Shown piece by piece: positions 18,939 through 27,649 of a stretch of 64,000 bases of DNA (position 1 is the first letter of the stretch; each line of letters starts with the position of its first letter). The position numbers and the translations under genes are program-made. The DNA comes from a candidate division WOR-3 bacterium (lineage in GTDB: Bacteria > SDB-A). The notes below the pieces were generated by a model. The model was not told the DNA's origin and did not search any database. It saw nothing but the letters and a program-made list of their open reading frames with translations. Location of the stretch: positions 9,942 to 73,941 of the forward strand of contig JAFGON010000073.1 of the NCBI GenBank assembly GCA_016926475.1, given 5' to 3'.

Positions 18939-19925
18939 TTGAGAAACAAAAAGAAATTCCAACTGATTTTTTGCCTGGCCTTTTTACTGGCCCTTTTGGT
19001 TGTAGCGGCATATATCTTTCAAAAAAGAACATTCAAGCTTTCTAAAAAACAAAACGGTATATGGCTCGCTCATCACTGGGTAGATGAGAAACCTGATCAA
19101 TACAAAGTCGCGCGACTAGCGGATAATTTAAGAAAAACCGGAATAATTCATGTCTTCCAGCACGCTGGCCCTCTGGATTCATTGGGAAATATTTCTCCGT
19201 CAAAATACTGTTTTTCAAGAGAGTTTATTACAGAGCTAAAGAGAATCTATCCTGAACTTATTTCAGTTCAAGCATGGATAGGCCAGATAGAAAAAAGAGG
19301 CGGAGGGTCTCTTGATATCACTTCGGAACAAATCAGAAAAAACATCGCAAAAACCTGTGCGGAATTGGTGAAAGCCGGATTCGACGGTATACATGTCGAT
19401 ATAGAACCCATATACGAGGGAGATACTTGTTTTGTGATCCTTTTGGAAGAAATCAGAAAATCTTTGGGAGAAGAAGCTGTTTTGACCTGCGCCGTGCCTA
19501 AAATTTCTTTGGGAAAAATTTTTGGCGAGAGCTTAAAACTGCTTTTTTCCGTTAAAGGACTTTGGAGCGCGGAATATTTTCAAACGGTATCGAAAAACAC
19601 CGACTTCACCGTAGTGATGCTCTACGACACGAGAATCAAAAATCCGCATTTATATTCTCTTTTTGTGTCCCTCGAAGTAACTAAAATCACGAGAGCGGCT
19701 GAGAATCCAGTAATGGTAGGAATTCCTAGTTATGAAGACGAAAAATCTACGTTCGACCCGGTTATTGAAAACGTTGAAGCCGCTTTGGAAGCTGTTTTTT
19801 CGGGACTAAAATACGGCGATAGAGAGAAATATATGGGTTTTTCAATTTACGCCGACTGGACGATGGATGAACAAGAATGGAAAACCGTGCAAAGACATGT
19901 TGAATCGGAGAAACTCTATGAATGA
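18939..19925 (+). CDS. Membrane-anchored TIM-barrel glycoside-hydrolase-like protein (GH18-like motif)
   Basis: N-terminal TM/signal anchor. FDGIHVDIEP resembles the GH18 DGxDxDxE motif with the second Asp replaced by His. Confidence 0.55.
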   Translation: MRNKKKFQLIFCLAFLLALLVVAAYIFQKRTFKLSKKQNGIWLAHHWVDEKPDQYKVARLADNLRKTGIIHVFQHAGPLDSLGNISPSKYCFSREFITELKRIYPELISVQAWIGQIEKRGGGSLDITSEQIRKNIAKTCAELVKAGFDGIHVDIEPIYEGDTCFVILLEEIRKSLGEEAVLTCAVPKISLGKIFGESLKLLFSVKGLWSAEYFQTVSKNTDFTVVMLYDTRIKNPHLYSLFVSLEVTKITRAAENPVMVGIPSYEDEKSTFDPVIENVEAALEAVFSGLKYGDREKYMGFSIYADWTMDEQEWKTVQRHVESEKLYE

Positions 19926-20448
19926 ACTTACTGTCAAAAGAGGAGACGGCAGGCGCAAACAATACTTGAAAATCGAAGCATGCGTAATTCTTGACAATTT
20001 AAGGAGCGCGAGAAATGTCGGGGCAATTTTCAGAACTTGCGACGGAACCGGAATAAACGAGTTAATACTCTGCGGGACAACTGCCATACCTCCGCATGAT
20101 GGAATTACTATGACTGCCATGGGATCTGAAAAATTCGTCGACTGGTCATATTCCAGCTTCACCATTGAAGCCGTAAGAAAGAAAAAAGACGAAGGTAAAC
20201 ACATAGTCACACTGGAGACGACATCTTCGAGTAAATGCTTCTGGGATGCCGATTACCCGGATGGAACAGTCCTGGTTATGGGAAATGAAGCTCTAGGAAT
20301 TTCCGAAGAAATCGTCAATATTTCTGATGAGATAATCGAGATCCCCATGCTCGGTTATAAAAATTCCCTCAACGTGGCTTCCGCTTTCTCTGTTATTGCT
20401 TATGAAATACTGCGCAGGAGAAGAGCGCTTATAGGAATAGAGTCATAG
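19918..20448 (+). CDS. SpoU/TrmH-family RNA 2'-O-methyltransferase
   Basis: NVGAIFRTCDG, GNEALGISEE and IPMLGYKNSLNVASAFSV motifs. Start placed at the internal ATG 19918. Confidence 0.85.
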   Translation: MNELTVKRGDGRRKQYLKIEACVILDNLRSARNVGAIFRTCDGTGINELILCGTTAIPPHDGITMTAMGSEKFVDWSYSSFTIEAVRKKKDEGKHIVTLETTSSSKCFWDADYPDGTVLVMGNEALGISEEIVNISDEIIEIPMLGYKNSLNVASAFSVIAYEILRRRRALIGIES

Positions 20449-20456
20449 ACTCAGTC

Positions 20457-21896
20457 TTATCCTCCGGTATTATCAGAAAACGGTTTCACGAAAATCACCT
20501 TTTCTCTGTCGAGAACGACCAAGCCTTTAGGCGCTTTTCTCGGTTTTCTGACATACTTTCTCAAAGCGTATTGAACTGGCACAAGAGAAGAAAATCTCGC
20601 CAAAGAAAAACCCGCAGCTACTGCCGCTGCGAATTCAATATCCTCTTTCAAAGGTTCTTTTGCACCATGCAAAAACAAAATTACATGAGAACCTTTAGAA
20701 TCTTTAGCGTGAAAAAAAAGATCATCTCTTCGAGCTATTTTCATCGTAAGATAATCGGCACTTTCTGCGTTTTTTGAAACAGCGACTGTCTTCCCTGAAG
20801 GGGAAAGAAAAACTCTGTATTTTGAAAGTTCCCCTTCATCTTTCTTTTCATCACTTTTCGTGAATTCTCCTCTTTCAATTTTTTCTATCAATTCCTTTGT
20901 ATCGCAGAGTTTTTTTTCGTATAAAGCTTTCTTTCTCAGGTTCTTCCTGTACAAGCTGAATAAATTTTCAATGATATTTCCCTTTTTCTTTCCGAGTACC
21001 GAAAGGTAAAAAGCTTCAAGGTTTTTATCCAGCGGTTTAATGGAGGAAAGTTCTTCATCACCCGCCGATTTTATCTTCTCACCCAGAGCTAAAATATCCT
21101 GGGGATTTATCATGCACGAAAGAGATTTTAAAATGTCCCTTTCATTTTTCTTGAGCCTTTTCATTTCTTTTTCAAGGATTTGATTCTCGTTGTTATTCTG
21201 AGGAGATTCAGAGAGTTCTGAAATTATCTCTTCCGGATTCTTGGCCTCCGAGCCTGGTATCAAAATGCCGGGAACAGCGTAAAAATAATCTTCGACAGGG
21301 ATCAACGCGATTTTTGAAGGGTTCGAGATTTTCGGATCCTTCAGTATTTCCATATATCTAGGATCAATTTTTTTGAGCACTTTTGCCGATTCGAGCCACT
21401 GTGAAATATACCGAAGTCTCGGCTTTTCTTCTACAGGTAGGACGTATACATCACCAGAACCTAAGTTCCTCTTTTTTGAAAAGGATTTTCTGTAGTGCCT
21501 CACGATTTTGCCGTCTTCCTTTTTTGTCAGAAAAGCGTTCGGAAAACCCCCGAAAAACTCAAACCAAATTCTCCAAGCCTTCTCTTCGCCAATTTCAGTA
21601 AGCCGTTTTATGTCCAGGAAGAGAATCCTGTCCGCTCCAATTTGACCTGCGCAGTCAATAGTGCCGTCTTTAATGGATTGAGCCCAACCGCTTGCCCTTT
21701 CCTTTTCGAGATTTTCTGATGCGTTGAAAAAAATCCAGCTGAACCTCGGATGAAGAAAGGCGTCTATAGTTCCTTTTGTAGTAGATAAAGACAACCCGTG
21801 AGAAAAAAAATCGACGGATTTAACCGTTCCTCCGACAAAATTATCTAGAATTCTGGAAATCAGAAAAAAAGAATACCCGTCGCTTTTAATTTTCAT
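20457..21896 (-). CDS. NFACT-family protein (FbpA/RqcH-like, DUF814-containing)
   Basis: The C-terminal region (GKTVAVSKNAESADYLT...DLFFHAKDSKGSHVIL) matches the NFACT-R/DUF814 signature. At 479 aa it is shorter than typical RqcH. Confidence 0.7.
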   Translation of the reverse strand: MKIKSDGYSFFLISRILDNFVGGTVKSVDFFSHGLSLSTTKGTIDAFLHPRFSWIFFNASENLEKERASGWAQSIKDGTIDCAGQIGADRILFLDIKRLTEIGEEKAWRIWFEFFGGFPNAFLTKKEDGKIVRHYRKSFSKKRNLGSGDVYVLPVEEKPRLRYISQWLESAKVLKKIDPRYMEILKDPKISNPSKIALIPVEDYFYAVPGILIPGSEAKNPEEIISELSESPQNNNENQILEKEMKRLKKNERDILKSLSCMINPQDILALGEKIKSAGDEELSSIKPLDKNLEAFYLSVLGKKKGNIIENLFSLYRKNLRKKALYEKKLCDTKELIEKIERGEFTKSDEKKDEGELSKYRVFLSPSGKTVAVSKNAESADYLTMKIARRDDLFFHAKDSKGSHVILFLHGAKEPLKEDIEFAAAVAAGFSLARFSSLVPVQYALRKYVRKPRKAPKGLVVLDREKVIFVKPFSDNTGG

Positions 21897-21920
21897 GCTT
21901 CAATCAATTGTCCGATGTGG

Positions 21921-22487
21921 TTATTTACTCATTCGCTCCATATACTCATCTGAGCGCGTGTCTATCCTGATCAAGTCGCCTGTGTTTATAAAAAGCGGAA
22001 CGGTTATCTTCACTCCACCTTCGACAAGAGCGGGTTTTGATCCTGCCGTGGCAGTGTCACCTTTATATCCCGGTTCAGTTTCCAAGACTTTTAACTCGAC
22101 GAAGAACGGAATCTCTGTATCGACAATTTTACCCTCGGCGTAGAGAAGGTCGCATTCCATGTTTTCTTTGAGCCATTTGGCTTTTTCTCCCATCACTTTA
22201 ATATCGACGGAAATCTGTTCGAAATTTTCCACGTCCATAAACCAATACGTCCCGTCGTCATGGTAGAGATATTGATATTTTCTTCGTTCAAGTCTGATTA
22301 CGTCAAATTTGTCATTGTCTCTCATTGTCTCTTCGACGACTTGACCGGTTTCCAGGTTTTTCAGCCTCGCTCGGGCGAAAGCTCCTCCTTTTCCTGGTTT
22401 TACATGCTGAAAATCGACTATTTTTAAAATTTTACCATCGTATTTAATAGTGATATTTTTCCCTATATCGGAAAGAGATGCCATCAA
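21921..22487 (-). CDS. efp: Elongation factor P
   Basis: 188 aa. VKPGKGGAFARARLKNLETG and the overall EF-P layout. Confidence 0.95.
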   Translation of the reverse strand: MMASLSDIGKNITIKYDGKILKIVDFQHVKPGKGGAFARARLKNLETGQVVEETMRDNDKFDVIRLERRKYQYLYHDDGTYWFMDVENFEQISVDIKVMGEKAKWLKENMECDLLYAEGKIVDTEIPFFVELKVLETEPGYKGDTATAGSKPALVEGGVKITVPLFINTGDLIRIDTRSDEYMERMSK

Positions 22488-22493
22488 ACCTCC

Positions 22494-23939
22494 CTATTCA
22501 ATTTGATCCAACCATTTCTTAAAAGCCTCTAATCCTTCTTGATTGTAATTGAATTCTTGTCTTTCCTCCGCTTCAGAATCCTCCTTTTCACCCTTTTCTT
22601 CTTCCGGTACAAGAATAGCCATATGCCGCTCGATTTTCTTTAATTCTTCCAAAGTTTCTGAAGCTACTTGGCTGAAAATCAGGCTTTCCGTGTCCTCTGT
22701 CGATTTTTCCGTTTCCAGTTCTACTTCTTCTTTTTCGTTTTCACTTATGTCAAAGAAATCTTGTTCCTTCGGCAACTGATCAATTTTTTCTTGTTCTGTC
22801 TCTTCGTAAGCTCTATCCCCTGAGTCAGAAACACTCTCGCCTGTTTCGGTATTTATAACGTTTTGCTCTTTGACGTCCTTTTCCTGAGTCTGAGAGATCA
22901 AATCCTGGACTCTTTTGACATCTTCTGATAATTCGGGATGATCGGGAAGTAGCTTTTCATAAATAGAAAGAGCCTTTTCATAATTCCGCTGTTTTTCGTA
23001 TATACCCGCCATTGTCACGCTTTCAATTTCACCTTTATAGAGAGGAATCCCTTCTTGATTGTCCTTTATCTCTTTCTCCTCAACCTCTTCAAAATTATCT
23101 TCAGGCTTGAATAAAGCTTCGTCCTCAACGGCGGTCTGACCCATGCGAATATCTTCTGTATCCTGAGGTTTTTCGTCTTTCTGTTTTGGTGTATCTGTTC
23201 TTACGTTTGCTTCCACCTCTTTTTCAATGCTGTCTTCAAGCTCTTTTTCGAGCATCTCGACTTCAAGGTCGAGTATTATTTCATCGTTGGGTTGATCCAT
23301 AACAGAATCACCAGGGAGTCCCGTCCCTTGAATTTCTTCTTCTTCTTTGAAGATTTCTTCTATCTGCGCTGTTTTCTCTATAGGAAGCTCCAAATCGAGA
23401 GACAGGTCATCTCCGGTTTTTCCCGTCTCCTCCTCGATAAAAATCAATTCTTCTTCGGCTTTTTCAGGGTGTTGCTCTGAAGTCTCCATCTGATGTCGCA
23501 TCTGATCGCGAACGTTTTTCTTTTGAATAATGTCTTCTATTTCAATCATAATTTGCTGTATGCTTGAATCAAAAGGATTTAAGTCGAGTAGTCTTTTATA
23601 AGAATCAAGCGCTTTTTCGTATCTACCTGATTTATAAGCTCCCTTGGCGACTTTTTGAAGAGCGAGCAGGTTTTCTTTGTCCTTTTCCAATACCCTTATG
23701 TAAATATCTAACGCTTTATCCTCTTCGCCGTTTTTTTCGTAACATTTACCCAAAACCATGAGACCCGAGATATAGTCCTGATGCTTTTCAACCCCTTTTT
23801 CAGCGATTTTTATCGCCTGTTCGGTCATATCCTCCGATAGATAAGCATCGGCAAGTCTCGCGAAGATAAGAGAATCGGGTTCTGCGTCGTATTTTTTCTG
23901 CAGTTTAGAAATTTCGGGGCTCGGTGATTTCGAAGCCAT
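22494..23939 (-). CDS. TPR-repeat protein with long acidic low-complexity region
   Basis: TPR-like helices at both ends. The central part is E/D/K-rich. Confidence 0.7.
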   Translation of the reverse strand: MASKSPSPEISKLQKKYDAEPDSLIFARLADAYLSEDMTEQAIKIAEKGVEKHQDYISGLMVLGKCYEKNGEEDKALDIYIRVLEKDKENLLALQKVAKGAYKSGRYEKALDSYKRLLDLNPFDSSIQQIMIEIEDIIQKKNVRDQMRHQMETSEQHPEKAEEELIFIEEETGKTGDDLSLDLELPIEKTAQIEEIFKEEEEIQGTGLPGDSVMDQPNDEIILDLEVEMLEKELEDSIEKEVEANVRTDTPKQKDEKPQDTEDIRMGQTAVEDEALFKPEDNFEEVEEKEIKDNQEGIPLYKGEIESVTMAGIYEKQRNYEKALSIYEKLLPDHPELSEDVKRVQDLISQTQEKDVKEQNVINTETGESVSDSGDRAYEETEQEKIDQLPKEQDFFDISENEKEEVELETEKSTEDTESLIFSQVASETLEELKKIERHMAILVPEEEKGEKEDSEAEERQEFNYNQEGLEAFKKWLDQIE

Positions 23940-23947
23940 CTAGCCTC

Positions 23948-24943
23948 CTAAGATATCGTTTTAAAAGTTTTAGCTATAAGCCTTAACTCCTCGAGGTAAA
24001 ATGATTTCTTGTTCCCCGGGGCAAAAAGATGTACATCTATTACAAATATTCTTCCCTTTTCTGATAAAATCCAAGACTTGAAAGGACCTCCAATGCTCTT
24101 TCGGCTGTTCTGCCATAAACCTGAATAGAAACAGCCGATATCGTCCTCTCCGTAACTTTCAACAACGCATGAATCGCCTTCGAAAAAAGCTTCCGAGATA
24201 TTATCTCTGAACAGCTTGAAAGTTTCCGCATCAGGAATTTCGCCCGAAGAGTCTTCAAACCAGAAAAAAGACACATAACGGCTTACTGCGTTGTCTGTGC
24301 CGCTACGCATGTGCTGAACGGATATCAAATGCCCCTTCTCGACAGATCCTTGAGAATCAGCAACGACATAATAATAGGGCATCATGACGTCAAAACCGAA
24401 TTGTGCTCTCGTAGCCAGTGAAAGATTTTCTTGGTATCCTCCAGCGTAAATCATGTATTCAATTCTTTCCGAAGAAGCTCTGTAGAAGGATTGGAATATT
24501 TCTTCACCGTTTTCTTCGACCAATCCGGCGACACTCGAAGTATCGGATTTTAAAACAATTATCAGCTGAGGCGATGCCCACACGTCTTGAAAAGATTCCA
24601 ATTCAGTTGTGGGCTGTATTTTTTCACGAAACAAATTCCACATTTCTTCTCTGTTTTCCGGGGTGACAATAAACAAAATGTTGTGCCTGCGCCAATAATC
24701 GGTTTTCTCTTCCCAGAATAAATCGGGACTCACCCATTCTATGTCGAAAACATGCTCGAAAGAAGGGTAGTAACGAGTGTCCCAGAGGACTTCCTTGACC
24801 TCGTTTTGGCATAATTCCCACGTTGTGCTGTCGGTGACTACCTGAACAATGTCTCTGGGGCCAAAAGCGTGAGGTCTATAGTTTCCGCTGCAGGAAAATA
24901 AAAAACCGCCCAAAACCACCGGAAACAAACAGATTTTTTTCAT
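23948..24943 (-). CDS. Putative lipoprotein, unknown function
   Basis: Lipobox (GGFLFSCSG). ATGA overlap with the upstream C25 gene. Confidence 0.6.
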   Translation of the reverse strand: MKKICLFPVVLGGFLFSCSGNYRPHAFGPRDIVQVVTDSTTWELCQNEVKEVLWDTRYYPSFEHVFDIEWVSPDLFWEEKTDYWRRHNILFIVTPENREEMWNLFREKIQPTTELESFQDVWASPQLIIVLKSDTSSVAGLVEENGEEIFQSFYRASSERIEYMIYAGGYQENLSLATRAQFGFDVMMPYYYVVADSQGSVEKGHLISVQHMRSGTDNAVSRYVSFFWFEDSSGEIPDAETFKLFRDNISEAFFEGDSCVVESYGEDDIGCFYSGLWQNSRKSIGGPFKSWILSEKGRIFVIDVHLFAPGNKKSFYLEELRLIAKTFKTIS

Positions 24944-25656
24944 TTTACGTAAACCAGTCTTTCAACGCGGGTGCCTGAGGATGAAACAACCGCAAAAACA
25001 TAAACCCCTGAAGGTTGAGATGTCATATCAACGGTAAAACTATCTGAAAAATACGACGAGCGCAACATTCTGCCGGAGACATCGAATATTTTCAGTTGGG
25101 AAAAACCAGAGGATTGTACGTGCGCCCAATTTTTTTGAAGGCTTATTTGAATTACGTCCGTTCCGACAAGCGCTACCGGTAAATCTTCTTCGACTTCAGA
25201 CGTCGTCCCGACAAAACAAAGCGAAGGGTCTCCGAAGTAAGTGCGGTCGAGAAGAGTATAAAGATTTCTGTCGTAACCCCCGTAATAATTTATATCCCAA
25301 AAAGGTATCAGCTTATTTTTTGAAGCATAGAAAGCAGGGCCTATTTGGTTTATTGAGCTGTCGAAAACAGCTTCTGCAAACCAGACATTCATATACTCGC
25401 TCGGTCCCATGGCCGGAAGAATACCTTCCCAACCGTAGCTCGTGTTAAAATCGCTTATTATTCCCCCTCCCCCCTGTTTGTTGAGCAGTGATACTGCCGC
25501 GCAGCTGCCTTCATGATAAGCTCCGGTCATGCAGGCAATTGAAGTATGAACCGCGAGTTTACCCGCGTTTGTCATGTTCGGTATATCATTGTTGTGGAGC
25601 ATTCTCACATTATTTGAATTGTACCAATAGACGCCGTATCGATTTCCATGGCCCGC
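24940..25656 (-). CDS. C25 (gingipain-like) cysteine peptidase, part downstream of the in-frame TGA: catalytic region + T9SS C-terminal domain
   Basis: This part continues directly in frame after TGA 25657-25659 as AGHGNRYGVYW (His motif), then SIACMTGAY (Cys motif). The C-terminal beta-rich tail (VFDVSGRML...GVYVFAVV...VYVK) is typical of T9SS sorting domains. Confidence 0.7.
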   Translation of the reverse strand, partial: AGHGNRYGVYWYNSNNVRMLHNNDIPNMTNAGKLAVHTSIACMTGAYHEGSCAAVSLLNKQGGGGIISDFNTSYGWEGILPAMGPSEYMNVWFAEAVFDSSINQIGPAFYASKNKLIPFWDINYYGGYDRNLYTLLDRTYFGDPSLCFVGTTSEVEEDLPVALVGTDVIQISLQKNWAHVQSSGFSQLKIFDVSGRMLRSSYFSDSFTVDMTSQPSGVYVFAVVSSSGTRVERLVYVK

Positions 25657-26967
25657 TCATTGCGTCCATGCGACTCCCTCGTTTACCGAGTCAATAGCTC
25701 CCTCGGGGGAGTTGCCGTACAGAGTTTCATACATTTTGACATGGTGCCAATTCGATGGGAGATGGTCTGCTATTGATTCGCAGACGGCTTCTCCCGTAAT
25801 TGTGTAATACTGATTTTCGAAAAGAACCGCTCCCGCCAAAAGACTTCTTGTCCTCCATTGACCCTGAGGCGGGTCCGTCTCGTATTGGCAGATTTTTTCG
25901 ACATTGACACTGAGCTGCGAAATCGAAGAGACTACAAGTCTTCCGACGAAAACATCTGCGTACAAATCGAGACTGTCATCTGGCTGTCCGTACCTGTTGT
26001 CAGAATTGAAATTCCAATCTCCGTCAAGATCGGCGAAATAGAGGTCAACCGGAGCGCTGTCGTCATAATATACTCCGTTTGTATCTCTGCAGTTTAAAAA
26101 TATTTCTCGGGGCTGAAGAAGGTTTTTATCGCCTACTAGCAAGACGAATGTTATTCCATCGGTTTGATGCCTTTGAATAATGTAATTCCTGATTTTTTCA
26201 GGAAGATCAGAACCGCTAACCGAAGACGAAATCATCTCCTTTGACGCTGTGTCGCAGACAAGACCCCTGCTCGACTTGTGGCTGACAAGAGAATCAATAG
26301 CAGCTGTCGCCAAGTAGCTTGAGGGCGCTATGATGAGGTAATCGAAATTGCCATCACGGACTGAAGGTGACCATTGATGAAGCATTTCCGGATTGCACAC
26401 AATCCCGCTAATTATCTTTTTGTGTATTTCAAAAGCGAGAGGAGTCAGATTTTGAGTCGCGGAGGTTCTGTCGTATTCGACCGTGATGGTCACATTTTCG
26501 TGCATCGTCAATTCGCCTGTCTGGGGATACCAGCTGTATGGAACAAGTAAAACACTGAGAATTTTAAAACCAGCCTGGTTGCCAAAATGGCTATTCTGGA
26601 GAATACTTGCGGGATACTTTTCAAAACCGTCGTAAACCGACGGGTCTGTTCTCATGAAAACCTCTTGTCTCATCCCGAGAGGAGCCTGAACCAGGGCTGG
26701 CAGAGGCAAGGGCACATAACCTACGAAGCATGGATCTGATCCTTCTGTTTTGATGCTTTTGAGTTCGGCGTCGTAGGGAAGGAGAATCTGCAAACGTTTT
26801 GCAGGCAAGACAGGGAGAAAAGCTCTTCCAAAATAGTCCAGGTCTAGTGCTGAAATCAAAGTGTATTCACCATAGCCAGTCAGTGAAGTGTTGTCCGCGT
26901 CCAAATTTACCCTAACGGAATAGCTAAATGTTTGGATTATACAGAACAATGACAAAAAAAAGCCCAT
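25657..26967 (-). CDS. C25 (gingipain-like) peptidase, signal peptide + N-terminal part, ending at the in-frame TGA
   Basis: Signal peptide present. C25-like motifs (YLIIAP, FVLLVGD, DLYFADLDGDWN). The ORF ends ...GVAWTQ-TGA two codons before the GHG catalytic His motif. Confidence 0.7.
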   Translation of the reverse strand: MGFFLSLFCIIQTFSYSVRVNLDADNTSLTGYGEYTLISALDLDYFGRAFLPVLPAKRLQILLPYDAELKSIKTEGSDPCFVGYVPLPLPALVQAPLGMRQEVFMRTDPSVYDGFEKYPASILQNSHFGNQAGFKILSVLLVPYSWYPQTGELTMHENVTITVEYDRTSATQNLTPLAFEIHKKIISGIVCNPEMLHQWSPSVRDGNFDYLIIAPSSYLATAAIDSLVSHKSSRGLVCDTASKEMISSSVSGSDLPEKIRNYIIQRHQTDGITFVLLVGDKNLLQPREIFLNCRDTNGVYYDDSAPVDLYFADLDGDWNFNSDNRYGQPDDSLDLYADVFVGRLVVSSISQLSVNVEKICQYETDPPQGQWRTRSLLAGAVLFENQYYTITGEAVCESIADHLPSNWHHVKMYETLYGNSPEGAIDSVNEGVAWTQ

Positions 26968-27106
26968 GGTTTACTCCTTATCATTAGAGTATGAAAACAC
27001 ACTAAATCCTTAAGTTATTGCAACGTAAAGTATAGCATGTTTTAATTATATTTGAATATACTATAAGTTTTGGTTTGTGAATATACAAAACTTCGCGGAG
27101 AAAAAT

Positions 27107-27649
27107 ATGTTTGATTTGAAAGCTTTTCTAACGCCTTACCCTAAAAAAGGGGACAGACTGCTTGAGATAAACCCATGCTCGAAGAGGATCAAACTTTTTA
27201 CCGACATGGGTTTTTCCGTCACGGGTTTGGACATGAATTTAGACAACCTTCAACTTTGTCAAAAATTGTCTCCCCGCGCTTTAATGAAATACGGCAGTCT
27301 TCTATTTTCGCCTTTCGGCAACCATGAGAAGTTCGACGTAATCGTATTTTTCGGAGTTCTTTCGGGAATGATGTATGACGAATCTAAATCTTTCATCTAC
27401 TCAGTGAGCTCGACATTGAAGGAAAAGGGGTTGGCTGTTTTTACTTTACCGAAAATCGGCTTTCATCCGCCTTGGTGGGAAGAAGGAGAATTAATAAACT
27501 ACGGCCGGTTGGCTTGTACACCGCCTTACACTGGGGAAGTATTTTGCGATTACGACATGGAAACAATCAGAAAGTTCATGCTCGATTTTACAGACATCAA
27601 TTTTCAAGAGGTCGGAAATCTTATAATCGCGAAAGCAGTGAAATTCTGA
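27107..27649 (+). CDS. Class-I methyltransferase-like protein with degenerate SAM motif I
   Basis: Methyltransferase-like layout (LLEINPCSKR...VTGLDMN...FDVIVFFGVL), but the GxGxG motif reads NPCSK. Start placed at the ATG after GGAG. Confidence 0.55.
   Translation: MFDLKAFLTPYPKKGDRLLEINPCSKRIKLFTDMGFSVTGLDMNLDNLQLCQKLSPRALMKYGSLLFSPFGNHEKFDVIVFFGVLSGMMYDESKSFIYSVSSTLKEKGLAVFTLPKIGFHPPWWEEGELINYGRLACTPPYTGEVFCDYDMETIRKFMLDFTDINFQEVGNLIIAKAVKF

Noticed and set aside
25600-25660. Selenocysteine insertion at the C25 protease TGA
   Set aside because: I could not draw a stable hairpin with a G-rich apical loop at the right distance after the UGA; only short palindromes (CCATGG, ATCGAT) and a weak GACGC/GCGTC pairing that would engulf the UGA. 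The aligned residue in gingipains is not a redox Cys. This is kept as a low-probability option in the finding.
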